Source: Vitrella brassicaformis CCMP3155 (taxonomy: Eukaryota > Protista > Chromerida). From it: a DNA stretch of 64,000 nt. Position 1 is the first letter of the stretch. Every line of letters starts with the position of its first letter. A program made the position numbers and the translations under genes. The stretch spans positions 1 through 64,000 of the forward strand of contig CDMY01000270.1 of assembly GCA_001179505.1 (NCBI GenBank), read 5' to 3'. Below are positions 36,837 through 49,965 of the stretch, in pieces. The notes under the pieces were generated by a model. The model saw only the letters and a list, made by a program, of their open reading frames with translations. It was not told the DNA's origin and searched no databases.

Positions 36837-39034
36837 TCACAGGGGGCGACGGACCGATGTGGCTGCCCTCGCCCTCTGAGCGGTCTTGAGTTTGCGGAAC
36901 AGCCGCAGGAGCCGCGTGATGACCACCACCAGCTTCTCGTACACCACTGCACACCACACCAGGCCACCCACCGCAAATGGTGCGGCCAACCACCCAACAT
37001 GTGTGTCGTCATGTGTGTCGCTGTCACTTACTGAACATCAAAGCAGATGCCAGCACCGTCTGAATCAGCTTGGAGGAGATACCTATTGGACATATGTGCA
37101 CAGACCACACAACCCAAGTTTTGTTTTTCAGCTTCCCCCTGCTGGCATCCATCCATCCATCCATCCCATCCATCCCTCTCGCTGCGTGCGTGTGTCCCTA
37201 CCTGCATAGAGTCCCGGCAGCCCCTCCCTCCTGACGATGTCTCTAAACAACCGCACACTCGACGTCACCCTCGGCACATGGGTGGGGTGCTGCTCCTCAC
37301 TCCTGTCGTTACCACCGCCCACGCCGCCCCCCTTCTCCTCCTCGCCCTCACCGCCACGCGGCTGCAACGGCGGAAGGTCCCTCTCCCTCTCCCTCTCCCT
37401 GTCGGTGTCATCGTGTTGTGTGGGGGGCCGCAGTGCTGTGCGCGACGATGACGTGGTGGTGGTTGGCTGGGTGGAGGAGGAAATGGGCCGAGAGGCTGTC
37501 GCCACGAAGCTGGAGGGCGCCCCAGTCGTCTGGAGGCGCACCTTGCATAGCTGATTTGATTGATGGGCAGGCGCGGCGGGTGAAAGGATAGAGAAAGGAG
37601 AGCAAGCAAGAGACTTTCGTGTGGGCTGGTTTGTGATGGATGTCATAATGGCGATATCGGTGTGTGCGTTGACGGCGGTACATACCTGGTATGGGTATGT
37701 GATGAGCGTGGCGACCATCTTCGCGAAGGCTCCCGTGAAGAAGTAAAACATCGCGCTATCTGCACGACGCACACACACACAGAGAGAGAGAGAGATGACG
37801 AGCCAGGCCTGATGGACCGTGGGTCCGTCTGACTTTTCTCTGGTTGAGTGTGTCCGAGGTTTTTCTTGAGGAGCTCGTAGACCATGAACTGAATGGCCGG
37901 GTTGCTCACCAACACCAACGCAGGACCGATGCCGTAAAACAACGCTGAAGGAGTGACACACACAGACACACATACACATACACATACACATGTACTGCGG
38001 CAGTGTAGTGCCGCCATTCTACGTCTGCCTACCTTGCAGGCCCTCTTCCTTCATGATCTTCTGCAGGGTCTCGCGGGCCGAGGTCTCGGCATCCTGTCAC
38101 ACACATAGATGGATTGGACGCATGGCGCATACAACATGATGATGGATCAGTGGCTGGCTGCAGCCGGATGACTCACTTTGCTGCGGACGGTCATCCTGGC
38201 GTTGAGAGTCCACACGGGATGCGTCAGCAGCACGTTGATCGTCCCCGCAACTGCAGCCAATGGCAGGACACAGGCGGCCAATGAATGTGTCCTGCCTGTC
38301 TGTTGGTGTTGGTGTGGCGGGTGGTGTGCGGTGCCTGCGGTGCGTACCGAATGCTGTGGCGAGGTTATGGTGTGGTTTGAATGTGCCCTTGTTGGCCTTG
38401 ACAGCCATGTCCTTGAGCAGGTTGTACCAGAAGAAATAAACACTGAACCGAATGAATCAGAACACACAGACGCCCACGCAAGGATGCACCGCAGCTACGA
38501 GACAGGTTGGGCGGCTATGGGTTGGGTGGATCGTTTCAGCGCACCCCGACGAGAGCATGGATGCGACGAGGGCGGTCTTGAGTCCCTTGTAGAAGCCCTC
38601 CAGCCCTTCCCTCTCGTACATCTCCTCTATCAGCGTCAGCAGCCTCACATTCCTGCCAACGGTGGGTGGCACGCACCGAAGGAAAGGCAAACAACACACC
38701 CGCCGTGTGAATGCAATCACGCGCATCCAATCTGCCCATCTGGCTGCCCACGTGCTTACGCGTTGAGGGAGTGTTTCATCCGTATGGCCTCTAGCGGGTA
38801 CAGGAGGCTCATCGCCACGGCAGATCCAACAGCACCACTGAAACAACATCGCAGTGCAGTGCGCAGCAGAGGCAATCCAGGCAATGAGTCACCGCAGGGA
38901 AGGCGAAGCGCTCTTCTGAGGTACCTGGTGCCGTGGGCGAGAACCCTTTCGCTCTCTGTGAGCGGCGCATCTTCGTCAAGGAGAACCGTCGACGCCTCCT
39001 GGAGGCGCTCCGTGGCCTTGCCGCTCTCACCCAT
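36837..39034 (-). CDS. Mitochondrial-carrier-family protein, peroxisomal PMP34/PXN (SLC25A17)-like
   Basis: Three carrier repeats (LYPLEAIR, THPVWTLNARM, TYPYQLCKVRLQ) and EG..GFYKG / GLYAG signatures. Subfamily-type motifs VYFFWYNLLK, LVLVSNPAIQFMVYELLK and GISSKLIQTVLASALMFMVYEKL. Confidence 0.85.
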
Positions 39035-39079
39035 TTTCTGCCACTGAAAGCTTAGCTCGCAGAATCGTTACAGGTAGGT

Positions 39080-39741
39080 ATGAGTTATCCCGGCGGTGGC
39101 CACCATCCCCTTCGTCCACCCCCCAACCCCCTTTCGGAGCAGGCTGCTGCCGCCGTGCCTGCCCAACACTTGCCTGCCCTTCGGCCTCAACCACCAGCAC
39201 CGATGCCGCCATACATGCCGCGTCCCAAGGCGCCTGTCGGTGACCACCCATCGGCAGCGGCGATGCGGCAGGCGGGCCATCGGGAGCTCATGGCTGACTC
39301 GGCAGCAGCCCAGGCGGCAGCAGCCAGGGCGGCCATGGCGGGACGACGGCCGCACTCCTCTGCCGATCCGCCACCGCCGCCGCCCACCATCACGGCCGAG
39401 ACCATCCGTGCGCTGCTGGAGGACATGGCTCCTGGGTCTGAGATCGAGGACTCGGCGTGTGAGGTGATGGTGGCTCTGACGAATGAGTTCCTGGACCACA
39501 CCATCGAGCAGGCGTGTCAGGTGGCGACACACCAGGGCAAGAAGGAGGCCAGGGGGGCCTATGCACTCACCATGGACGCACTCAGGAGCGTGCTGAGTAA
39601 GCAACTGAGCAACCAGAGGCCAGGCGATGCAGGCGTGTGGTATGGTTGCTGTGCCTTGTGTGCTCAGGTCTGAATGCCTTCACGCCACAGGCAGATGTGA
39701 AGCCCCACCAGCCACACAGGCCGTCAGCCCCACCCACTTGA
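39080..39741 (+). CDS. TAF12: TAF12-like histone-fold TFIID/SAGA subunit
   Basis: Pro-rich N-terminus, then TAETIRALLEDMAPGSEIEDSACEVMVALTNEFLDHTIEQACQVATHQ, which aligns with the TAF12 fold (L..L...DP...LD..V...L..IADDFI......AC.LA.HR). The last exon (39668-39741) is tentative. Confidence 0.68.
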
Positions 39742-40888
39742 AGCCGGCGCACGGACCACTGAAGAGGGATCCTGTGAATCTGTCAGGATGTGCTCGCACA
39801 GTGTGACTGACTGACTCGGATTTGCGTTTGGACGACATTCGATGCGCCTGCCTTTTGTCTGTATGATATGCGAGACCGCCAGCTGGTTGCGGCGTCATCA
39901 AGATTGTGTGTGTGATATCCCTCCCTCCGACGCTCGAGTGAGCGAATCAGTCAGTGTCTTGATTCAAACGGCAGCACCACACACACAGTGTAGGCAAGGC
40001 ATGTAGGTCTTCGCATCACCCATCGTCACCATCACCATCATGACAACAGACAGGAACCACAGCTAGGTGAGTCATGGCTGATGGATGGATGGCTGGACAC
40101 CGCACGCACTCACGCACCCACGCACTGAATTGAGCGAAGACAGCCACCGGAAAGCCAGACAAACACACCCACAGCCAGGGACCCTCACCTATCCTCACCC
40201 ACCCGAAAAGAACACAATGAAGCACAACACGCACACATGAAGACGACATGGCATGGCATGTAGTGTGAAGTGTGCGAGATCCATATGTTTGTATGAGTGA
40301 GTAGAGTGTATGTACGAGCCACTGGGTGAGTGAATTGCCTGCCATTGAGGGTGGGGCCGAGCCAACATGACATGACAAAACTGTCCGTCGTCGAATTAGT
40401 CGCCCCCGCACCAGTTAGGCGAGCGGGGATGGATGAATGGATGGATGCATCGATGAAGCCACGCACCGATCAACCCCACACGCTCGCTCGACCACTCACT
40501 CACGCGGCCACTTGTCTGTCTTGAGAAACATCATTCAAGTGCGGCGACACGCATCGCATCGCGTGTCCCTGCAGGTCCGCAGGGACACACGCACACGTTT
40601 CCAACCGGCAGGTCGATGGACATGTAGATAGACAACCAGAGAGGCGGGCCGCTCCGCTCTCTCCCCTCTCCCACCCCAGAAATCACTGACTGACTGATGT
40701 TGATGGGTGGATGACTGAGACACATGCCATCCACGGGCTCGCCTCACTCGCCCGCTCGCTCACTGAGTGCGATGGATGAATTACTCTTGGCTGGCTCTAA
40801 AACACGCACCAATCCCACCCCACCCCTCCCCTCCCCTCCCACCCCGGCCCGGCCCGTCCCTCCTCAGTGTGGGCGAGGCGAAGAGCAC

Positions 40889-43800
40889 TCAGAATGGACG
40901 TCCGCCAGGCATCGTCTGGAACTGATCGATCATATAGATTAGAGACAGACAGACACAGAGAAGAGACACCAGTTTCCGTCGGAAAGGCAGGCCGGCCTCT
41001 CGTGTGCAGTGCAGTGCAGTGCAATGCGTGTGTACCTGTGGCTGCATGCCCATTCCTCCCGTGGTGCCCATGGCCATGCCGGGGTTGGCTGCGGCCGCCG
41101 GCATGTTGGGCATACTCGGAGGCATCCCCGGCTGCATCGTGCCAAACCCACCAGGATTCGTCATGCCACCACCTGACACACAAACGGAGGGAAAGAGGGA
41201 GGGACGCGAACACACACACGTCTGATGCATTGCCGTGGCCGTCTGCGTGTGTGTGTGTGTGTGTGTGGTAGCTGACTGAGTGGGTTTGGGTTAGACATCA
41301 TTCCTGGTGGCGCCATGAGGGCAAGCTGACCCATCCCCTGCAGCATCGGATTCACTGACAAACACCACAAACGAACACACAATCACACACACACGCACAG
41401 AGGACACACTCGGATGGTCCATTCTTGTTGCTGTGGCCTGTGGTGTGTTGTGTGTGTGTGCGGCTGACTGACTTGGCATGAAGTCCGGGACGTAGTCGTT
41501 AGGTGCGGATTTCTCCTTCTGTTCCTCCTCCTCCTTGTGCTCGATCTTCTTGTCCAGCGCATCCACCCTGTATGTGTATTCACGCACAATCTGACACACA
41601 CACACAGACACACACGCGGGAACAAATCAATCAGAGCACACAACATACATAATAAGCTGGTTTTCCTCCCCATCTCGTCTGGTCTGTCTGCTCTGCAGCA
41701 AGGTAAGCAGGCACCTGGATCATGTAAGGCATGACTTGGTCCATGAACCTGTTCCGCCACGCCAGCTCGAGAGCAATGTCCGGGCGGATGAGGTCATAGC
41801 ACACGTACAGACAAGACGCGAAGCAATCTCGGTCCTGGATCTCCACAAAATACCTAGTGATTGATTATAGATAGGAGGGCAGGCAGCACAGCAACCACCA
41901 CACACATACACACACAGTGCAGTGCACTGCACTGCACGCCCTCCTCTGCCCGCCCAGCTGCCTCACTTGAGCAGTGATTCCGCGAGCTCCTGGTTGCCGC
42001 TGTCGCGTGCTGTCTCCATGGCATCCTGCAACGACATGGATGGATGGATGGGCAGCAGTGGGTGGGTGTGTGGGCTGCTGTGCTGTGGGTGGCGTGAGGC
42101 ACCCACCTGGTATAGCCTGTCGATCTTGGAGAGCTCAATGGACTGCTTGAACCGCTTGTTCTTGCGGTAGAGGAGACACGCTATCCGCCGCATCTCCAGG
42201 AGGTCGTGCTTCTCCACCCGCTGGGCCAGCGCCAGCTGGTCGAAGTTGTCGTACTCCTCAATAGACTGCCTGCTCAACAAGTCACATGACACACACACAC
42301 ACACACACATGGGAATGCGTGGCTGGCTCGTCCATCCATCCATCCATTCATCCATCCGTTGATTGTGTGCATGGCGTTGTGTCACTCAGGTACCTGAGCG
42401 ACTCGTGGTCCTCTCCGTCGACGTAGAGGTCGTTGAGGGCGTCGTTGACCTCCTTGATGTTGTGCTGCTGCACCTGCTTCATGTACGGGATGATCAGCGG
42501 CAGGTGACCCAACTTGCGAATCTGCATCAATCACAGTGAGTCCAACAAACATGACGCAACACAGACACGGCCGTGGTCACCCTGCTGCTATATGTGTGAT
42601 GTGTGCGCACCTGCTGTACGACCCTTGCGTGGTCGACTTTGTTGGCCACTGCGGTGAGGAGGCCATTCAGCAGCAGCGGATACATCTCCAGGTAAAACGA
42701 TATCGCCCTGTATGTCACACACACATTCAGATGGATGTCCTGATCCTCCTCCCTCCCTCCCTCCCTCCCTCCTTATGCTATGCGGCCGTTGTGTTCTGTT
42801 GTGCTGAAAAGACAGACCTGTAGAAGAGTTCCGAGTTGGAGACCTTCTGCATGACCGACACGAACTGGTCGTGTGTCCATGCCGACGGCGAGTGCAGAAT
42901 CATCGTGTTGGCCGCCGCGTCGTACTCGTCATACGCAGTGTACAGAAACACCGCCTCAGGCCTAAATGTGTGGTGGTCAACACGTGTGTGTGTGTGTAGT
43001 GTAAGTGGTGTGGTGTGTGTGCCTACCCTACCACAGGCAGTGTCGTTCGCATCCCCTGATGATCTTCGGTATGTTCATGCGGCTGGCGTTGAGTTTGCAG
43101 AAGTCCATCAGCTTCTCGGGCTTGTACTTGGCGTAGAGGATGCCCAACTCGGTGTACAGCCCCACGTGCGCACGCTCGCCACCGATGCCAGAATCCTGCA
43201 CATCATCACACAACACGACACGCAAGCAACACAGCCAATAAGGCAAGGCCAGAGCGATATATGCCATGTGTGTGTGTTGGGCAGCTCACGAGAAGTTGAA
43301 TGAGTTCTTCAAAGTATCCGCCCTTCTCGTAGTGTAGGATGAGCTCCTCGAGGTGGTCTGGGTGGACGATGATGTTCATGCCGGCGATCTGTGCGCACCT
43401 GAACTCCTTGGCCGCCACGCAGGCAAAGTTGACCTCCTTCCACGTCTTGGGGTTGTTGGCCTTGCGCGCCGCCTCCACCGCCTGGCTGAACTCACCCAAA
43501 TGCACGTGACACGACGCTAGCTTGGCGTTGTTAGGAATCGACTGGAACAAGATCTTCGCAGCCTGATGGGATGCATCGGATATATCGACACACAAACAGA
43601 GCGGATGTGTGTGATTGGTCGTGTGTGTGTGTGTGTTTGTGTGCGGCTGCTCTGCGTGCCTTGAAGTGTCCCTCATCGAAGAGCCTGTCGCCGACTGCCT
43701 GGACGTTGGCGGTGTTTGTGCCCGAGATGAACTCCTCCATCTCTCCGAGGTTGTCGCACTTGGCGAAGGCGTACACGAGCTCGCTGTCGATGATTTGGTC

Positions 43801-46800
43801 CTTGGTCTTCTGCCGCGCCATCTGCAGATACTTGACCAGGTCTTCATACGTCTCCTCGCGCTCAGCCGCCTACACACACACAAAGCCAATGCGTGGGTGC
43901 AGGGTGGGGTCGCTCTTCGTGTGTGTGTCCACGTCTGTCATGTCTGTCACCTGGATGACGTCTTTGTAGTCGCCCGCCTCCTGTGCCTTGAGGTATGAGT
44001 CGATGGCCTGAGAGACCAGGTTCTGCACCAGCTGGGCCTTGCCTAGCTTGCTCCACACCTCAGGCTCGTTCGCCCTGTGGGTGCACAATACACGCACACA
44101 CAAGGCGATGCGATCGTACAGGTGACCTGTCTTGTCTTGTCTGTCTAGTGCGTGTCACTGACTGACAGACAGACCGACCTGGCAGCGAACTCGCCCGCCC
44201 TGTCGAGGCTCTCCAGGTTCATCAGCAGCGTGTCCACCGCATCGCTGTTGAGGTTGAACTGAACCACACAATGGACACACACACACACACACACACACAC
44301 GAATGCAGCCAAGACAGGGAAGCGCATGTGTGTGTGTGTGTGTGTCGTCCGCAGCACAGACAGCACCTTCTTGTAGATGGTGAAGGCCTCCTCGTAGAGC
44401 TGGTACTGCTCGCCGAGGGCGATCTTGGCAATCTCCGGCCCGTCGTAGTTGTTGAGGCGGTTGATGTAGTCCATCACGCGCTTCTTGTCGGCCTTGATGG
44501 CCGTCAGAATCAACAAATTCTGCAAGTTGCGGTTGCCCGAGAAATCTATGTACATCAACCAACCACGCAAGCAGACACACACACACATGGGCAGGGCAGG
44601 ATGCCCTTCCTTTGTGTGTGGTCCCCTCCCTTCGCTCGTCACCGGAGTTGTGCAGGACGATTTTCTCGAGCAGCTCGATCAGCTCCTGCGGCAGGTCGGC
44701 GCTGATGAACGCCTTGACGGTGGCAGAGACCTCGTCAGGGTTGCTGCTCTCGGGCAGGGCCGTCGCCACCACCTGGTCGATGACGTTGCGTCGGAACTCG
44801 TTGTCCACCTTAAGCACGTAGCCCCAGAGGTCCTGGCTCTGACGCTCCACCAGGTACCTCGCCTGCAGCCTGAAGAGGCCGTTCTTGTTGGTCACCTCCA
44901 CGAGCTCCTCGTCGCAAGACCCCCAGGCCCGCTTGTAGGCCGTGTAGGCCAGATGGGGATCGCGGTCCTCGCAGTACTTGCCGACCACCTTGGAGTCGTA
45001 AAACGCGTTCGTCTTCAGGAACGTCTCGGGCTCCCTGCAGACACACCGACAAAGGGGTTGATGCATTCATTCCTTGTGTGTGTGTCTGTGTGTGTGTCTG
45101 TGTGTGTGTCTCCTCTGTGATGGTCCCTGACTTGTTGGTGTCGATGTAGATCTTGGCGAGGGCGTTGTGTAGGTCTGGTTCCTGGTTGCCCTCGGCCATG
45201 CGAGCCTCGAGCCACGGCAGCAGCAGCCTCAGTCGGTTGCGCTTCTCGACCTCCTCCACCAGGGGGCTGACGGGGCACGCCCCTCGGACGTTCTGCAGCA
45301 GGCCCTTGATGAAGTCCTCGCTGCAGTCCAAATCGATCAACGTCCCGATCACAGTGGGCGCCTGCCACACACACACCACACACACAGCGTGAGAAGAGCT
45401 AGTGGGGGGGAGGCGTGTGTGTGTGTGTGTGAGTGTGTTGTGTGCTGGCTGACCGACCTGTTGTGGGTTGACTTTGACGACGTAGACCTCGATGTACTTC
45501 ATGAGGGAGTTCTTGTAGAGGTACTCCGCCAGCTCGCCCACAAAGTTGTGCAGGTCGCACACGTAGATCAAAGGGCGGGGGTCAGGCAGCTTCGCTTGCT
45601 GCACCACCAAACAACACAACACACACATCCAAAGACCGTCACGCACACCCACACCCACACCGAGCCCAGCCCACCTTGAGGAACTCCTTGACCCTGACAG
45701 GGTCGTATGCGTTGGATTCCCGACAGACCCTCTCGACCTCCTGCATGTGGTTGAGTTTGGCGCACGCCTCGATGTACTTGAAGTGCACGTCAGCGTCGTT
45801 GTTGAAGGCCAGGATGGCCCCCAGGAAGTAGAAGATGCCCTCCCAGCTGCCGAAGCTCTCGAAGAGCTCCACCAGCTTCAAAGCGCCGATCTGCTCCTGG
45901 TACTTGATCGCACACTGCCACACAGACAGACGGGCACAGATACAGACACAGGTGGGTGCATTGATTGCGTTGAGAGTTCTGTGTGCCAGGCCTGCCCTAG
46001 TGTGTGTGTGCAAGGGGATTGACTGTACTGACCTGCACGACGACTTGCAGGTTTTGTCTGTTGTGCCTGAGCAGCTCGTAGAGTGACTCCAGACACACCT
46101 CAGGTGGCATGCGGCCGAAGAACGTCGTCAGCCACTCGGGATTCAGGCCGTGGGTGTTCAACATCACCTGACGCACACAGATAAGTGGGTGCCACCGGTG
46201 GGTGTGGAGGTGCCCCCTGTGAGTGTGTGGAGTGGAGACAGGGCAGACCCACCCTCTTGATGTCCTGCACGTCGGTGTAGTGCTCCAGTGCCCGCTGGTA
46301 CAGGCCGGCCTTCTCACACAGCTGGGCGATCGTCTGCCTGTCGTAGTGGGTGAACAGGTCCATCTGGAATATGGTCTCAGCCACCTGGGGCGCCTGCACC
46401 AACGACACACACACCACACACACCCACAGCCATTCATTGCCCACTGTCTCTGTGTGTGTTGATGTGTGGTGTGTGTCTCTTGCGTGAGTACGTGCAGGAG
46501 ATTCATCTCGAGCAGTTTGGTCTGGAGGTACCCCTCCTCGGGCTTGTTGTTCTTGAGGTGGTCGAGGAGGATTGAGGTGAACTCCTGCAGCCTGTTCTGG
46601 CTCAGCATCACCTCCACCACACTGTTGATGTCGATCAGGGGCGGGTCGTTGTCCAGCAGCTGCTTGGCGAACGTCACGGCGCCCTCGGGATTCACCATCA
46701 GCATGTTGCGCAGAATGAACGAGTAGTCGGCCTGCACGCATACACAGCGACGCATGCCGTTGTGGCGTCTGTGTGCGTCTGTGTGTGTGTATGTGTGTGT

Positions 46801-49507
46801 GTGTGTACCGACCTGGTAGTTGACCTTCTTGGCGTAAGCGACGATCTGCTCGTATTGCCCTTGCTCGGTGAAACACTTGATGACCTTGGCAGACGCGTTC
46901 GCCCTGCACACACACACACACGTACGTCGGATGCACCTGTAGCGTAGCGAGGAGCAGCGTGTGTGGATCGTGTGGTCTGACCTGAGGTAGATCGAGAGTG
47001 CGAGTTTGCCGTCGAGCGGAGCGACGATGTCTCCGAGCTCTTCGGTGCACTCGAGCTTGTCTTCCCTCAACCAACGCTCGATGAACTCGCGACGGTTCTG
47101 ACCATCCCGCCACACAGAGACGTCCACACGTCCACCTGAGCCTCCATGTCCCTGTGCGCGTCTCCTCACTGACCTGCGCGACGACCGGTCTGACGAGCTC
47201 GATCGACTCCATGGCGTTCAGCTTGCCCATCTAATCGACCACACGATGACAATGACACGCAGTCACATTAGCTATCTATGCATCCCTTCACCCGCCCCAC
47301 TGGTCAGCTCACCTCAAGCAGCGCTGAGAAGTACTGCAGGATGGGCGACGACTGGCCAGGCGGCGCCTGGACGCTCTTGAACTGCTGGATAATCTGGGGG
47401 GTGCGAAGGGCGCCGGATGCGCACTGGGCCGCCACCTTGGCCGCCTCCTTGTACTCGCCGCGGGCAAACGCCTGGTTGAACTGCTGCACGAACAACTCGT
47501 CGGCACCTGCAGGCACCAAAAGAACCAACAAGGGGGTTGAGGGAGAGGACACACACGCGGAGAAATGAGAGACTGGTGCGTGCGCTGCGCTGGGCGTGGC
47601 GTCCGTGTGTGTTCATGGCCGACCCGGGCCGACCCGACCTACCTGGTATTTTGAATTTCTTGGCGAGCCCGAAGGCGATGTGTGTGGCGTTGGGCAGGTG
47701 CCTGAGGTTGGTCTGAATGTAGTTGACCAGCGTGTCGGCGTTGACCGTAGCTGTCAACACCTGCAGGTCAGTTATGCGCACAAACGAGAAGGGCCAACAC
47801 GTCACGTGCATCAGTCACAGCTGTGTGTGCCCTCTGGCGGTGGTGCGGTGTGTGCCGCTGCCTGCGTACGTCTCCTTTTCTGTTGACGACGAGCACGCCC
47901 CCATTCGTGGCGTTGTAGGCGGAAATGAAGATCGTGTCATTCGAGATGCGGTTCCTGCAGCCCACACAAACACACACACAACACGTCAACACGACGCGCA
48001 CTCAGCTATGAGCAGGATCAGTCAGCTGTCTGTCTGTCTGTCTGTCTCGCTGGGCTGACCTGAAGAGCATGGCCCCCGAGTAGATGTCGAACATGAAGAT
48101 GTAGCCGGCCTTAGTGATCAGGAACAACACACCGTACTTGTCGCTCATCTGCACAAGTCACACCACATCACACCATGACGTCAGCTTCCCACCATGCTCG
48201 GTGAGCGAGTCGAGTCTTACGTGCATGGAAACGGCGAAGTCGTTTGGGGCCTCGGGGGGGTAGGTGACCTCCGACGTGACTTTGAAAGGCGCGGCGTGGC
48301 CGTCCAATTTCTGCTTGTAGATGTCCATGATGTGCAGCCTCGTCTGCGTCTGACCCTCCTTGCGCTCCACAAAGGCGAATAGCTGACGGTCGGCCTGCCC
48401 ATCCTCCAACTGTGGGACAAACCAATGATCCACTCATTCCACTCCTTCTTTCGCTTGTTCGCTCATTTGCTTGCCTTCATCATAGCGAAGTTGCCGGCAT
48501 GTCCCTCGAGGACCTGCTGCTGCTTCTTCTCCACAGAATACAGCACCATGTGACCGTCGATCGTCTTGCCCTGGTCCTGAACACACACACACACACACGG
48601 CAATGCTGCTCACATGCAGCTGGGGTGGGCTGGCTGGCTGCCTTGTGGTGCGCTCTGTCTGGAGCGAGGGAGGGAGGGAGTGACCTGAGTGGAGATGCCC
48701 GTGAGCAGGCACCACTTCTGCTGTGAGTCGACGGCATAGTTGATGATCTGCGTGTTGGACTCGGCCAGCTTGCCGCTACGATCAAAGATCTTCGCCGGCG
48801 TAGAGTTGGCTGCACACACACCACACCATGGACACGCGCAAGTGATATGGATTGCCTTGCCATGGTCTGTCTGTCTGTGCCTGGCCTGTCTGTTATGTGT
48901 GTGTCGGTTTGACCTTCAAGTGTCCAGTGGTAGATGGATTTGTCGGATACGAGTGCGAGTGCCCTGTCGGTGATCCACTTCCAGAAGACAATGCTCTCGC
49001 CGAACTGGTGCACCCCCAGCTTCTCCTTGGTGTCCAGGTTGAACACCTGGATGAAGTGACCCGCCTGGCCCTCAGTCTTACCTGCATGAAACACACACAC
49101 ATACACAGATGGAGAGCCCGCATGTGTCAGTGGACTGACTGTATGCCAGCCAACCAACCTTTGAGTGCGATGATGTTGTCTTTGGGGTTCATGAGTGAGG
49201 CCTCGGCCTTCATGGGTTTGCGGTTGATGGAGTTGTTGGCGTGCATGTCGATGACCGCCACTTGGCTGCTGCCGTCCTGCGCCTGGTCCTTGACACAGAT
49301 GAACCGGTCGCTCTCCATCGTCAGCAAACCGAACCGAAACCCATTCGGATTCACACCCATGTCCGCCAACTGACCAACACAATACAACGCAACACAACAC
49401 AATCACACACAAACTTTACCTGTGTGTCGGGCGCCGCCTGGTTAAATGTGTGTTTGTGTGGCGGTTACGTTCATGACGGGCGTGAGTGTGACGGGCACCC
49501 CTGCCAT
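40889..49507 (-). CDS. CLTC: Clathrin heavy chain
   Basis: [120 protein letters not shown], and a G/M/P-rich tail ending GGRPF*. More than 25 exons. Confidence 0.99.
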
Positions 49508-49965
49508 GGTGGATCTGCACACACACACACACCGCGGCACACACAACACAGATGCAGCAAAGCAACGAACGGCCTTGGCCAAAAGGGCAGCCGTCAGCGT
49601 CACTCGGTGCAGATCACTCAAGCGAGTCGCGACTGAGCGCACCTGGCTGTGTCTGTTTTCCAATGTGCCTGATCTACCTCGGCTCTCGTGTGCTGCGCTC
49701 ACCGGCACGTCAGGAAAACGCCCTGGTGGTCGCCTGTGTGGGAGAGTGTCTCCGCACAAGTTGTGCCTCACTCAAGGAGGCCGCTCAGAATCCAGCTCGC
49801 AATCGAACAAACCGATGCTTGCACCAGGCCACGATGCAGCACACAAGGGCTGAAGCGGTGCAAAGCCTGATGTCAACTGCGAGCTCCAGCTGCAGATCTG
49901 CCTCAAAGCTCGCAATTTGAAACAAGGGCCCAGGCAGGAAGCGAGGCGGCTGTGGCAGCGAGAGG

